NCBI GenBank assembly: GCA_035636315.1 | Contig: DASPZJ010000021.1 | Span: 1,667-65,666 of the forward strand | Direction: 5' to 3' | DNA from: Thermoplasmata archaeon | Lineage (GTDB): Archaea; Thermoplasmatota; Thermoplasmata; RBG-16-68-12 | DNA length: 64,000 nucleotides | Part shown: positions 16,408 through 25,840 of the stretch, piece after piece | Layout: every line of letters begins with the position of its first letter | How positions within the stretch are numbered: position 1 is the first letter of the stretch | Translations under genes and position numbers: made by a program | Notes under the pieces: generated by a model | The model's database searches: none | The model's input: the letters and a program-made list of their open reading frames with translations, nothing else | What the model was told of the DNA's origin: nothing

Positions 16408-17727
16408 TCATCCGCGGATCTTCTGCATCCGCTCGACCTTCCGTCTCACGATTTCGGGCTTCCCGATATCCCGGCGCGCATAGAAGTTCCCGGCGACGAA
16501 CGCGAGCGCTTCCTCGGAAATCGATTCGGCCGCGCCGAGGTCCGACGCGATGCCGACGACCGCGAGCGCCCGGGACGTCGTCGTGTACAGGTGACCGCCC
16601 CGCTGGTCGACGCTGGCGTAGTAGAGCCTCGACCCGGTGCGGCGGATGCTCTCCTCGTCGACCTTGAGCTGCTCGCCGGCCTTCGGATGGGAGCCGTAGC
16701 CCATCGGCACGACGTACTTGCACACGGTCGCCTTGCGGGAGAACTTCACGTTCGACGGAAGGTTGCCGCCGGTGAGGCGCACGCAGACATCGAGGAAGTC
16801 GCCCTCGAGGATCGGGAGGACGTTCATCGATTCGGGATCGGCGAAACGCACGTTGTACTCGAGGAGCTTGGGCCCGTCCCGCGTGGCCATGAAGCCGCCG
16901 TACAAGATCCCTTTGAACGGCGTGTCGCGGGCGAACATCGCATCGACGGTCTTCGTCATCGTCTCCAGCGCGTGCTCGTACTCGTCCCGCGTGACGAACG
17001 GAAGCAGGTGGTCCACATCGCTGTACGAGCCCATCCCGCCCGTGTTGGGGCCCTTGTCCCCTTCGTACGCGCGCTTGTGATCCTGAGCAATCGGCATCGG
17101 GACCAGCGAGCGGCCGTCGCAGAACGCTTGGAGGGAGAACTCTTCGCCGAGGAGTTTCTCCTCCACGAGGAACCGTGCCGTCCCACCGATGTTCTTCTCG
17201 AGGATCTCCCGACCGTACGCGAGGGCCTCGGGCTTCGTGGAGAAATGTTCGCCCCAGACCCGCACGCCCTTGCCGCCCGTGAGCCCGAGCGGCTTGATCA
17301 CGAACTCGAAATCGGAGTCGTTCACAAACTCCTCGAAGCGCGCGAGGTCGTCGAAGGCCCAGAACTGCGGGGCGCCTCGGATACGGTGCTCTCGCATCAG
17401 CGTCCGCGTGAATTCCTTGTTCGTCTCAAGCCGAGCCGCTTCCCGCGACGGGCCGACCGTCGAAATCGCGGCGGCCTCAAGGGCATCCGTGATGCCCCTC
17501 TCGAGCGGCGCCTCCGGTCCGACCACCGCGAGTTCGATCCCGTGGCCTTTCGCCCAGGAGACGATGCGCTCGATGTCGGTCACATCGCCGAGGAGGATTT
17601 CCTTCGAGCGACGACGGATGCCCGGATTCTGATTCGCCATCGCCGCGTAGATCTCCGCTTGGCTTCGGTGGAGCGCTTCGACGATGGCGTGCTCGCGACC
17701 TCCGCCGCCCACCACCAAGACCTTCAT
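16408..17727 (-). CDS. purD: Phosphoribosylamine--glycine ligase PurD
   Basis: MKVLVVGGGGREHAIVEAL..., ATP-grasp core, C-terminal PurD domain. The 38-aa R/S-rich N-terminal extension of the ORF is rejected. ATG at 17727. Confidence 0.9.
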   Translation of the reverse strand: MKVLVVGGGGREHAIVEALHRSQAEIYAAMANQNPGIRRRSKEILLGDVTDIERIVSWAKGHGIELAVVGPEAPLERGITDALEAAAISTVGPSREAARLETNKEFTRTLMREHRIRGAPQFWAFDDLARFEEFVNDSDFEFVIKPLGLTGGKGVRVWGEHFSTKPEALAYGREILEKNIGGTARFLVEEKLLGEEFSLQAFCDGRSLVPMPIAQDHKRAYEGDKGPNTGGMGSYSDVDHLLPFVTRDEYEHALETMTKTVDAMFARDTPFKGILYGGFMATRDGPKLLEYNVRFADPESMNVLPILEGDFLDVCVRLTGGNLPSNVKFSRKATVCKYVVPMGYGSHPKAGEQLKVDEESIRRTGSRLYYASVDQRGGHLYTTTSRALAVVGIASDLGAAESISEEALAFVAGNFYARRDIGKPEIVRRKVERMQKIRG

Positions 17728-17920
17728 GGTTGCAATGCGGAGAAGGCGGAGGCCGGGATTTCTAGTTTCGCGCACGCCGCTGAATCCCGAATCACTTCCG
17801 CGTTTGCATGAGCTTGAGGAAGTTCCCCTCCGAGTCTCCAAATGTCACAACGCTCCCCCAAGGATAATCGCCGATTCACACTCCGAGGGGGCGCGCGCTG
17901 GTGGTCTCGAGGGCTGGTCA

Positions 17921-18823
17921 TCATGGTGCGGCGGGGCTGGCGGCTTTCGAGACGAGCTCGGCCGCGGAGACCGTGTTCGAGAGGAGCATCGCGATCGTCA
18001 TCGGACCGACGCCTCCGGGGACCGGAGAAATGGCTTTCGCTTTCTGCTTCACTGCCTCGAAGTCGACATCGCCGACCGTGCGGTAACCGCCCTTCGCCGT
18101 CGGATCGGGAACGCGGTTGATGCCCACGTCGATCACGACAGCCCCGTCGCGGACCATGTCCGCCTTGACGAACCGGGGAGAACCCATCGCCGCCGCCAAG
18201 ATGTCGGCGCGCCGTGTGTGCGCCGCGATCTCCTTCGTCGCGGTATGGGCGATCGTCACGGTCGCGTTGGCGCCGGGCGCCTTCTGCATCAAGAGCGCGG
18301 CGAGCGGCTTCCCGACGATGTTGCTCCGGCCCAGGATGACGACGTCCTTGCCGCTGGGATCGTTCCCGCTCCGCATCAACAGTTCGACGACGCCGGACGG
18401 TGTGGCGGGCGCGAACCGCGGACGTCCGATCAACACGAGTCCGACGTTCACGGGATGGAAGCAGTCCACGTCTTTCAGCGGACTGACCGCCGCGACGGCG
18501 GCCTCGACGCGAATCTGCGACGGGAGCGGTTGCTGGACGAGGATCCCATGGACCTTCGGGTCGGAGTTGAGGCGGCCGATCTCCTGCAGGAGACGCGCTT
18601 CCAAGACGTCCTCGGGCAATTGGATGGTCCAGTGACCCATCCCCATCTCTTCGGAGGCCTTGCTCTTCATCTTGACGTAGAGTTGCGACGCGGCGTTCTC
18701 GCCGACGAGGACCGCCGCGAGACCGGGCACATTCCCGGCGTCGGCCAGCTTCGCGAGGCGCGGCTTGAGGCCTGTACGGATTTCACCGGCGATCTTCTTC
18801 CCATCGATGATCTCGGCCACCAC
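17921..18823 (-). CDS. folD: Bifunctional methylenetetrahydrofolate dehydrogenase/methenyl-THF cyclohydrolase FolD
   Basis: IIDGKKIAGEIR, YVKMKSKASEEMGM, GILVQQPLP, GKDVVILGRSNIVGKPLAALL. GTG start. Confidence 0.9.
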   Translation of the reverse strand: MVAEIIDGKKIAGEIRTGLKPRLAKLADAGNVPGLAAVLVGENAASQLYVKMKSKASEEMGMGHWTIQLPEDVLEARLLQEIGRLNSDPKVHGILVQQPLPSQIRVEAAVAAVSPLKDVDCFHPVNVGLVLIGRPRFAPATPSGVVELLMRSGNDPSGKDVVILGRSNIVGKPLAALLMQKAPGANATVTIAHTATKEIAAHTRRADILAAAMGSPRFVKADMVRDGAVVIDVGINRVPDPTAKGGYRTVGDVDFEAVKQKAKAISPVPGGVGPMTIAMLLSNTVSAAELVSKAASPAAP

Positions 18824-19000
18824 GTCGACACCGCCCGTCGGAATCCGTCTGCCGGTTAAAGTCTTTCAGCGTCGCCGCACCGCGGTGCCGACCGTTGCCC
18901 GTGGCGCCACAGAATCGTACCTCCGGAAGCGTCAGACAACGACCCCGACATTCTCGCGGACGAAAACACTTAAGACCGGTCGCTGCCATCGGGACCGCGG

Positions 19001-19567
19001 ATGCACTCCAACGACTGGTCTCGACTCCTGACGGAACGTCAGCGCGAGGTCCTCTCCATCGTCGTGGAGAACAAGGTCTACCGCAATCGCGACTCGAAGA
19101 TCCCGGAGTTGGCCGCCCAGATGGGGATCGCTCCGGCCGCGGTTGCGAAGCATCTCCTCGAGATCGAGAAGACCGCCCTCCTGAATGTGGTCGTGAGCCC
19201 GTCGGAGCAGGGCAAGCGGGTGTACGAGCGGCTCGAGTTGGAGCCGCGGCCCGAGAACAAGCAGACGGCCGAAGCCCTGGACCGCCAGACGATCACGATC
19301 CTCCGGTTCCTCCGGGACCACCCGGATGCGAGTTCCAACGAGATTGCGGAGGAACTCGGCCTCTCCGATTACACGACGGGGAACGGCCTCCGCGTCCTGA
19401 TCGCGATCCAGCTCGTCACGAAACAGCGGGGAGCCGCGGTGCGACGGGGCGTCCCTCCGTTCGTGTTCCGGCCGACACCCCACGGGCGGGACCTGATCGA
19501 CCGACTGCCCATCGGCGCGGTGTCGGAAGACAAAAGTAGCGTGGACGGTCTCTTGGGCACCGCGTGA
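19001..19567 (+). CDS. Winged-helix transcriptional regulator (two wHTH modules)
   Basis: Two repeats of helix-turn-helix-like segments (REVLSIVVEN...IPELAAQMGIAPAAVAKHLLEIE; ITILRFLRDHPDASSNEIAEELGLSDYTTGNGLRVL). Confidence 0.55.
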   Translation: MHSNDWSRLLTERQREVLSIVVENKVYRNRDSKIPELAAQMGIAPAAVAKHLLEIEKTALLNVVVSPSEQGKRVYERLELEPRPENKQTAEALDRQTITILRFLRDHPDASSNEIAEELGLSDYTTGNGLRVLIAIQLVTKQRGAAVRRGVPPFVFRPTPHGRDLIDRLPIGAVSEDKSSVDGLLGTA

Positions 19568-20715
19568 TCGACGCGGTCGTCGTGGGTGCGGGACCCGCCG
19601 GCGGAATGGCGGCGCGCCAGCTCGCCGCGGCCGGCTACGAGACGGCCATCCTCGAGAAGCGCAAGGTCGTCGGCGAGCCGGTGCAATGCGCCGAAGGCGT
19701 GAGCGAGTTCGGCCTGCTGTCGAACGGCCTCGCTCCGCACGAGGAGTGGATCGCGCAACGCGTGGCGGGGGCGAAGTGCGTCGCGCCAAACGGGAAATGG
19801 TTCTACATCACTCGCCTCCCCGGGTATGCGATCGACCGCGCCGTCTTCGACCGCTGGATCGTCAACGGCGCGGTGGACGACGGAGCCGAGTTGCGGACCG
19901 CGACGAGGGTCACGCGACTCGCGGCCCACGACGGCGGATGGCGGATCGAGGCGAACGGCGAGACGATCGACGCTCGCGCGGTCATCGGCGCCGACGGCCC
20001 CGCCAGCCTCGTCGCCCGGGAGGCGGGCTTGGTCCGGAGCCTCGAGAAGATCCTCGCATACGAGTACCGGTTCCGAAACGAGGACGTCGCCGCAAGGGAC
20101 CCCGACTATTTTCTCCTGTTCCTCGACGAGCAGTACAAAGGAGGCTACGCCTGGATCTTCCCGAAAGGCGACGCCGTCAACGTGGGCGCGGGCGGACCGA
20201 TCGACGCGCATGCGGCGACGGTCGCGTTCTGCCGCGAACATGGAATCGATGTCGATCGGAGGACGCAGACGATCGCCGGCACGATTCCGTATCGATACGA
20301 TCTCACATCGCTCGCGGCGCCGGGACTCGCGGTCGTCGGCGATGCGGCCGGGATCACGAATCCGATGAACGGCGCGGGAATCCACCCGGGGCTCTTCAGC
20401 GGGCGCCTCGCGGGCGAGTTCGCCATCGCGTCCCTGGAGAAAGAGGATCCCGCCGCCATGTTGGAGTACGACCGCGTCGTCCGGTCATCGCCGTTCCTCG
20501 ATCCGGTCCTGTGGTGGATGATCGACCGGGCGCGCCGGTGGAACAACCGTTTGATGAATTCCGTCGTCGCAGAGCTCGAGGGGATCGATTGGCGTGCGCT
20601 CACCTGGAAACGGATGCTCGGGACGGGCGTGCGAAAGCCCGCGCTCATCTTGCACGCGCGCGAGTTCTACCGCATGATCCGCATGCTCGAGTTATGCGAC
20701 CGCTACGGATGGTGA
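19564..20715 (+). CDS. Geranylgeranyl reductase family flavoprotein (digeranylgeranylglycerophospholipid reductase-like)
   Basis: FAD fingerprint VVVGAGPAGGMAARQLAAAGYETAILEK, plus AVIGADGPASLVAR and GDAAGITNPMNGAGI. GTG start overlaps the upstream stop. Confidence 0.85.
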   Translation: MIDAVVVGAGPAGGMAARQLAAAGYETAILEKRKVVGEPVQCAEGVSEFGLLSNGLAPHEEWIAQRVAGAKCVAPNGKWFYITRLPGYAIDRAVFDRWIVNGAVDDGAELRTATRVTRLAAHDGGWRIEANGETIDARAVIGADGPASLVAREAGLVRSLEKILAYEYRFRNEDVAARDPDYFLLFLDEQYKGGYAWIFPKGDAVNVGAGGPIDAHAATVAFCREHGIDVDRRTQTIAGTIPYRYDLTSLAAPGLAVVGDAAGITNPMNGAGIHPGLFSGRLAGEFAIASLEKEDPAAMLEYDRVVRSSPFLDPVLWWMIDRARRWNNRLMNSVVAELEGIDWRALTWKRMLGTGVRKPALILHAREFYRMIRMLELCDRYGW

Positions 20716-20772
20716 ATCGAGCTCGATCGCGTCGGGACCGAAGGCTACATAAATTCTGTCGACTTCCCACGG

Positions 20773-21732
20773 ATGATGGCGGTCGACGCGGGGTCGCGCG
20801 TCATGCGCGCGGGCAGCCACCTGGAGAAAGTGCTCGCGTCCGGAGGCTTCGCCGTCACCGCGGAGATCCACCCGCCGGCGTCCGCCGATCCTTCGAGCAT
20901 CGAACGCCAGGCCGCGATGTACCGCGGCCTCGTCGACGCATGCAACGTGACGGATGGCCAGCGCGCCCTCGTGCGGATCTCCTCCCTCGCCGCCGCGACG
21001 CTCGTCCTCCAATCCGGCATCGAGCCGATCATGCAGATGGTCCTCAGGGACCGCAACCGCATCGGAATTCAGAGCGACCTCCTCGGCGCGTCCGCGCTCG
21101 GCATCCGCAACGTGCTCTGCCTCTGGGGCGACCCTCCGACCGCCGGGAACGAAAAGGACGCGAAGGCCGTTTACGACCTCACGACGGAGGAAATGATCGC
21201 GACGTTCCGGGTACTGCGGGACGCGGGCACGTTGCGAGGGGGCGATGCGGTCCAAGTCCCTCCGAAAGTCTTCATCGGGGCCGCCGCCGATCCGTTCCGC
21301 GGCTCCAAAGAGGAATCGTTCGCGAAGCTTAGGGCGAAGGTCACCGCCGGAGCCGACTTCGTGCAGACGCAGGGCGTCTACGACGTGGACCGGTTCGAGG
21401 AATGGATGCGACTCGTCCGCAAGGAGTGGCTGCATGAGAAAGCCTACATCCTCGCGGGCGTAATCCCGCTCAAGTCCCCCAAGATGGCGCGGTTCATGGC
21501 CGAGAAGCTCGGGGCAGTGATCCCGAGACAGATCATGGACCGCATGGAGAAGGCCCCCAATCCGAAAGCGGAAGGGCTAAGCATCGCCGTGCGGACCGTC
21601 AAGGCGCTGAAGCGAATCGACGGAGTCAGCGGGGTGCACATCATGCCCGTGGGATGGGAGGACATCGTGACGCAACTCGTGAAGGAAGCAGGTCTCTTTC
21701 CGCGACCCGAAGCCGCCGCAGCCCTTGTCTGA
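20773..21732 (+). CDS. metF: Methylenetetrahydrofolate reductase (MetF/MTHFR family); start may be 20803
   Basis: SGGFAVTAEIHPP, LCLWGDPP, AAADPF, GADFVQTQGVYD match MetF-family motifs. Confidence 0.8.
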   Translation: MMAVDAGSRVMRAGSHLEKVLASGGFAVTAEIHPPASADPSSIERQAAMYRGLVDACNVTDGQRALVRISSLAAATLVLQSGIEPIMQMVLRDRNRIGIQSDLLGASALGIRNVLCLWGDPPTAGNEKDAKAVYDLTTEEMIATFRVLRDAGTLRGGDAVQVPPKVFIGAAADPFRGSKEESFAKLRAKVTAGADFVQTQGVYDVDRFEEWMRLVRKEWLHEKAYILAGVIPLKSPKMARFMAEKLGAVIPRQIMDRMEKAPNPKAEGLSIAVRTVKALKRIDGVSGVHIMPVGWEDIVTQLVKEAGLFPRPEAAAALV

Positions 21733-21800
21733 ACGAGCGGCCTGGTCCACGGCCTCCGAAGGTTTAATCCGACCCTCCCCATTGTGACTCGGTAATCAGG

Positions 21801-23336
21801 ATGGTTTCCGCCCGCCGGGCCCTCCTCAGCGTGTCCGAAAAGGAGGGTCTCATCGAGTTCGCGCGCGGATTGCGGGACCTCGGTTTCGAGTTCATCGCGA
21901 CGGAGGGCACGACCAAGGCCCTGAAGGAGGCCGGCATCGCCGCGGTGACGGTCGCGGAGTACACGGGGCTGCGCGAGGGTCTCGGCGGCCGTGTGAAGAC
22001 CTTGCATCCTCGAATCTTCGCCGGCATCCTCGCACCGCGCGGGGACGAGCCGGATCTCGCGGACCTCGGCGCCGTGGCGATCGACCTCGTCGTTGCGAAC
22101 CTCTATCCGTTCGAGGCGACCGTCGCGAAGCCTCGCGTCGACCTGGCGGAGGCGATCGAGAACATCGACATCGGCGGCGTGACCCTGATCCGCGCGGCGG
22201 CGAAGAACGCCGCTCGGGTCGCCGTCGTCGTGCACCCCGCTCGGTATCCGCAGGTGCTCCGCGCAATCCAGGAACAGAAGGCCGTGCCCCCGCGGCTCCG
22301 CGACGAGCTCGCCCTGGAGGCGTTCGAGTACACGTCGCGATACGACGCCGCGATCTTCAACTACCTCGCGAAGCGGCAAGGCCAGGTCCTCCCGCCGGCT
22401 CTCCGCCTGGCGTACGATAAGATCGCGGACCTCCGGTACGGTGAGAATCCGTACCAGAAGGCGGCGCTGTACCGGGAGTCGTTCCCGTACGCAGCGACCG
22501 CGACGGCAGAGAGGCTCCAGGGCAAGGAACTCTCCTACAACAACCTCATCGACCTCGACGCCGCGCTCCGGATCGTCACGGAATTCGATCGGCCGGCGGC
22601 CGTCGTGATCAAGCACACGAACCCGGCCGGTGTCGCCGTTTCCTCAGACCTCGAGCGGGCGTATGCGGCGGCGCACGCGTGCGATCCCATCTCCGCGTAC
22701 GGAGGTGTCGTGGGGCTGAACCGGACCGTCGACGTCCCGACCGCCAAGGCGATGCGCGGAGACGTCCTCGACGCCGTCATCGCGCCAGGGTACGAACCGC
22801 AGGCGCTCGCAATCTTGCGGCAGAAGAAGAAGGGAGACTTCCTGATCCTGCGGACGCACGGAGAGCTCCGAAGGGCGCACGGCATCGACATGGTCCGAGT
22901 CCTAGGAGGCGTCCTCCTTCAGACGACGGACTTCCCGGAGCCGAGGCCGGAGGCATTCAAGGTGGTCACGAAGACCTCTCCGACCGCAGACCAGATGCGG
23001 GACATCTTGTTCGGGATCACGGTGAGCCGGTACGTCAAGTCGAACTCGATCGTCCTCGTGAAAGGCGACCGCACGGTCGGCATCGGAGCGGGACAGATGA
23101 GCCGCGTGGACGCGTGCATGGTCGCGCGGATCAAGGCGGGGGACGCCGCCCGAGGGAGCGTCGCCGTGAGCGACGCGTACTTCCCCTTCCGGGATGGCCT
23201 CGACGAGCTCGCGAAGGGGGCCGTCGCGACCGTCGCGCAGCCGGGCGGCTCGATCCGCGATGCCGAGGTGATCGCCGCGGCGGAGGAACACGGGATCGCC
23301 ATGGTCTTCACGGGAATCCGGCTGTTCAAGCACTGA
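21801..23336 (+). CDS. purH: Bifunctional AICAR transformylase/IMP cyclohydrolase PurH
   Basis: MGS-like N-terminal domain (ALLSVSEKEGLIEFARGL..., GGRVKTLHPRIFAGILA) plus the AICARFT domain. Confidence 0.9.
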   Translation: MVSARRALLSVSEKEGLIEFARGLRDLGFEFIATEGTTKALKEAGIAAVTVAEYTGLREGLGGRVKTLHPRIFAGILAPRGDEPDLADLGAVAIDLVVANLYPFEATVAKPRVDLAEAIENIDIGGVTLIRAAAKNAARVAVVVHPARYPQVLRAIQEQKAVPPRLRDELALEAFEYTSRYDAAIFNYLAKRQGQVLPPALRLAYDKIADLRYGENPYQKAALYRESFPYAATATAERLQGKELSYNNLIDLDAALRIVTEFDRPAAVVIKHTNPAGVAVSSDLERAYAAAHACDPISAYGGVVGLNRTVDVPTAKAMRGDVLDAVIAPGYEPQALAILRQKKKGDFLILRTHGELRRAHGIDMVRVLGGVLLQTTDFPEPRPEAFKVVTKTSPTADQMRDILFGITVSRYVKSNSIVLVKGDRTVGIGAGQMSRVDACMVARIKAGDAARGSVAVSDAYFPFRDGLDELAKGAVATVAQPGGSIRDAEVIAAAEEHGIAMVFTGIRLFKH

Positions 23337-23344
23337 GGGATTCG

Positions 23345-23986
23345 ATGCCGAACGTCCGAGTCGGCGTCCTCGCATCGGGGCGGGGCACGGATTTCCAGAG
23401 CCTCGTCGAGGCGCGCGACCGGAAGGAGCTGTCCGCCGACCTCGCGATCCTGATCTGCAATGTGCCAGGCGCGCCCGTCCTGGAGCGTGCGAAGAAGGCG
23501 GGCATCCGCACGGTCGTCGTCGATCACCGTCCCTTCGGCAAGGACCGGGGGGCGTTCGAGCGCGCGGTCGTGAAGCTCCTCCGGGAGGACCGCGTCGACC
23601 TGGTCGTCTTCGCGGGCTTCATGCGACTCGTTTCCCCCTATTTCCTCGGCGAGTTCCCGATGCGCGTCATGAACATCCACCCGTCCCTCCTGCCCGCGTT
23701 CCCGGGTGCCCACCCCCATCGCGACGCGCTCGCTGCGGGCGTGAAGGTGTCCGGCTGCACGATCCACTTCGTCGACACTTCCGTGGACGGCGGCCCAATC
23801 ATCCTCCAGAAGGCCGTGCCCGTTATGGATGACGACACGGAGGAGACGTTGGCGGCGAGGATCCTCGAGCAGGAACACATCTTCCTGCCGCTCGCCGTCC
23901 GCCTCTTCGCCGAAGGCCGTTTGAAAGTCGAAGGCGGGCGGGTTCGGATACGCACGGCCGGGCTGCGACTGCCACCGACGGCCTAG
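23345..23986 (+). CDS. purN: Phosphoribosylglycinamide formyltransferase PurN
   Basis: MPNVRVGVLASGRGTDFQSL..., VVFAGFMRLV, NIHPSLLPAFPG match the formyl-transferase fold. The upstream part of the 435-aa ORF is rejected as R-rich read-through. Confidence 0.85.
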   Translation: MPNVRVGVLASGRGTDFQSLVEARDRKELSADLAILICNVPGAPVLERAKKAGIRTVVVDHRPFGKDRGAFERAVVKLLREDRVDLVVFAGFMRLVSPYFLGEFPMRVMNIHPSLLPAFPGAHPHRDALAAGVKVSGCTIHFVDTSVDGGPIILQKAVPVMDDDTEETLAARILEQEHIFLPLAVRLFAEGRLKVEGGRVRIRTAGLRLPPTA

Positions 23987-24020
23987 CACAACATTGCGTC
24001 GCCTGCCGAACACAGAAAAT

Positions 24021-24070
24021 AAAGGGCCGTCCAGGAATCCTGAACGGCCTCGTTGTGGAGGGATGCTTGT
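24021..24070 (+). terminator. Copy A of a duplicated hairpin element (A-tract, GGCCGT...ACGGCC stem, T-rich tail, then GGAGGGATGCTTGT)
   Basis: aaagggccgtcc aggaatcctga acggcc tcgttgtgg agggatgcttgt. Located 35 nt after the purN stop. Confidence 0.45.
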
Positions 24071-24178
24071 CTAAGCAATCCCGAAACGACGGGATTCTAT
24101 AAAACGCTTTTCGACCGTCGCAAGTTGACGGCCGCGCAACGGGCCCGGCAAGCGCACTCGGACGACGATCGACGTCCG

Positions 24179-24250
24179 AAAAAAAAGGGCGGGGCCGTCC
24201 CCGTTTTCATGGAGAATCGAGGGAACGGCCCGTTTTGGAGGGATGCTTGT
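24179..24250 (+). terminator. Copy B of the duplicated hairpin element; A8 tract + GGGGCCGTCCCC hairpin + GTTTT (bidirectional-terminator-like)
   Basis: aaaaaaaagggcggggccgtccccgttttcatggagaatcgagggaacggcccgttttggagggatgcttgt. Shares a ~28-nt core with copy A (AACGGCC[TC]CGTT[GT]TGGAGGGATGCTTGT). Confidence 0.45.
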
Positions 24251-24430
24251 ATGAATGCCACATCGCGCGGGTATTTCAAGCTGTGGCCAAACATGTTCGG
24301 ACGTGGCTCGGAGCTACGCGTTGCGCGATGGAAACGCCGTCCGTCGCGCGTCCGCGGAGCCTCGTCGACGGACCGAACCGGGGTCCGCAAGGCTTATGCA
24401 CGCCGCGTTCCTTCGACGACGCGTATTGGG

Positions 24431-24928
24431 ATGAAGGGCGTCGGGAAATTCGGCGAGGTCATGGCGGGCGAGAAGGGGAAGGTCAGCTACGACGACGTCG
24501 CGGCTCGTCTCATGAAGATCATCCATTCGGGAAGCCAACGGAAGGCGATCACCGACTTCGTCTGCCGTGAGCTCCGCAAGATCCCTCACTACACCTGGGT
24601 CGGATTCTACGTCGTCGACGGTTCCGAGCTGGTGCTCGCGTCATGGTCCGGGCCGAGCGCGACCCTGCACATCCGGATCCCGATGGGCGAGGGCCTCTGC
24701 GGAGCGGCGGTGTCGGAGAAGAAGACGGTCGTCGTCCAGGATGTGACGACCGATCCGAGATACCTGCAGTGTTTCATCAACACGCGCGCAGAGATCGTCG
24801 TCCCGATCCTGAAAGGCGACGCCCCGATCGCCGAGATCGACATCGACTCCGACCAGCAGAATGCGTTCACGGACACGGACCGGGAATTCGTTGAGTGGGC
24901 GGCCGAGGAACTTCGGACGATCCTGTAG
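24431..24928 (+). CDS. GAF-domain protein of the free methionine-(R)-sulfoxide reductase (fRMsr/MsrC) family
   Basis: WVGFYVV, GEGLCGAAV, AEIVVPI, IAEIDIDSDQQNAFTDTDREFVE align with the E. coli YebR/fRMsr motifs. Alternative start at 24461. The upstream part of the 291-aa ORF is rejected. Confidence 0.75.
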   Translation: MKGVGKFGEVMAGEKGKVSYDDVAARLMKIIHSGSQRKAITDFVCRELRKIPHYTWVGFYVVDGSELVLASWSGPSATLHIRIPMGEGLCGAAVSEKKTVVVQDVTTDPRYLQCFINTRAEIVVPILKGDAPIAEIDIDSDQQNAFTDTDREFVEWAAEELRTIL

Positions 24929-24951
24929 CTCGACCCGGTGTGCGAACGCAA

Positions 24952-25509
24952 TCAGAGCCGGAACTCGCCCCACACCCGCAGGAACGTGTCGATCTGATCC
25001 GGCGTCGCGAGTTCGTACGTCGCCATGAGCCGCGCGACGGCCTTGGGATTGGTGACTTGGTATCCCCGTTCCTCCGGAGCCGCACGATCGATGAGGCCCG
25101 CCACCTGCATCTTCTTGAGGTGATGCGACAGCGTGGACGGCGACACCGGCACCTGCTCCAGGATCTCTTTGTGCGTGCCGGCCTCGTGCTCCATCAAGTA
25201 CGCGATCACGCGGAACGGGACCCGCTGGCGGAGGAACGCGAGGACCTGCTTCTCGGCGTCTGTGAGGGCGGGCCGCGCATCCGGCTGTCCGGGCTGGGAG
25301 CGCGGGTAGAACCGCTTGTACTCCCCGTCCATCACCGAGGTGATGAGCTCGTGCTTCTCCAGGAACCGGAGGTGGTAATCGACGAGCGTGATCGACAAGT
25401 CGAGGGCGCGGGACACTTCGCGCAGGTGGAAACCCGGGTTCTTCCGGACGAACTCGTACAGGTCCCTCCGGGTCTTGACCGCCAGGATCTCCTCGTCCAT
25501 CGAGGCCAA
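24952..25509 (-). CDS. ArsR/wHTH-type transcriptional regulator with two HTH modules
   Basis: RRDLYEFVRKNPGFHLREVSRALDLSITLVDYHLRFLEKHELI and QVPVSPSTLSHHLKKMQVAGLIDR. Confidence 0.6.
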   Translation of the reverse strand: MASMDEEILAVKTRRDLYEFVRKNPGFHLREVSRALDLSITLVDYHLRFLEKHELITSVMDGEYKRFYPRSQPGQPDARPALTDAEKQVLAFLRQRVPFRVIAYLMEHEAGTHKEILEQVPVSPSTLSHHLKKMQVAGLIDRAAPEERGYQVTNPKAVARLMATYELATPDQIDTFLRVWGEFRL

Positions 25510-25516
25510 ACGGCGC

Positions 25517-25792
25517 TCACCGCCGCAACGTGAACCCGTAGAACAAACCGAGGATCACGAGGTCGAGCGCGCCGGAGAGCACGAAGATCCGCCCGTATTG
25601 CTCGAGGGTGAGCGGGGCGGAGAAGAGGGCGATTGTCAGGACGATACCCTTGACGAAGAACACGCCGAACGCCGCCGCCAAGAAGAGGAGGTGCGCGTCC
25701 CGCGTCCGACGGAACGCGAAGACCGAGATGACCGTCAGTGCGAGCGCGAAGACGGACACGGCGGCGAGGACTACATTCTCGATGGCCACCAT
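25517..25792 (-). CDS. Small hydrophobic membrane protein (91 aa, 3 predicted helices)
   Basis: MVAIENVVLAAVSVFALALTVISVFAF...FGVFFVKGIVLTIALF...LVILGLFYGF. Follows the regulator by 7 nt. Confidence 0.45.
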   Translation of the reverse strand: MVAIENVVLAAVSVFALALTVISVFAFRRTRDAHLLFLAAAFGVFFVKGIVLTIALFSAPLTLEQYGRIFVLSGALDLVILGLFYGFTLRR

Positions 25793-25840
25793 GGGACCAC
25801 CGGGAAGGCGTAAGGAACCGGAATGTTAAGGCTTCCGGCC

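Noticed and set aside
17728-17841. 38-aa N-terminal extension on PurD (and analogous extensions on Cbf5, Rrp42, DUF106, MtaD, KaiC-like 45980, PurN, Pop5, the second ABC-2 permease)
   Set aside because: The homolog N-termini (for example MKVLVVGGGGREHA) start at an internal Met or GTG. The extensions are R/S/G-rich and often overlap the upstream gene.
24053-24430. N-terminal 126 aa of the 291-aa ORF upstream of the GAF domain
   Set aside because: The region is R-rich, and the same sequence contains two hairpin-terminator-like repeats. fRMsr homologs begin ~40 aa before the GAF core, so the start was trimmed to 24431.
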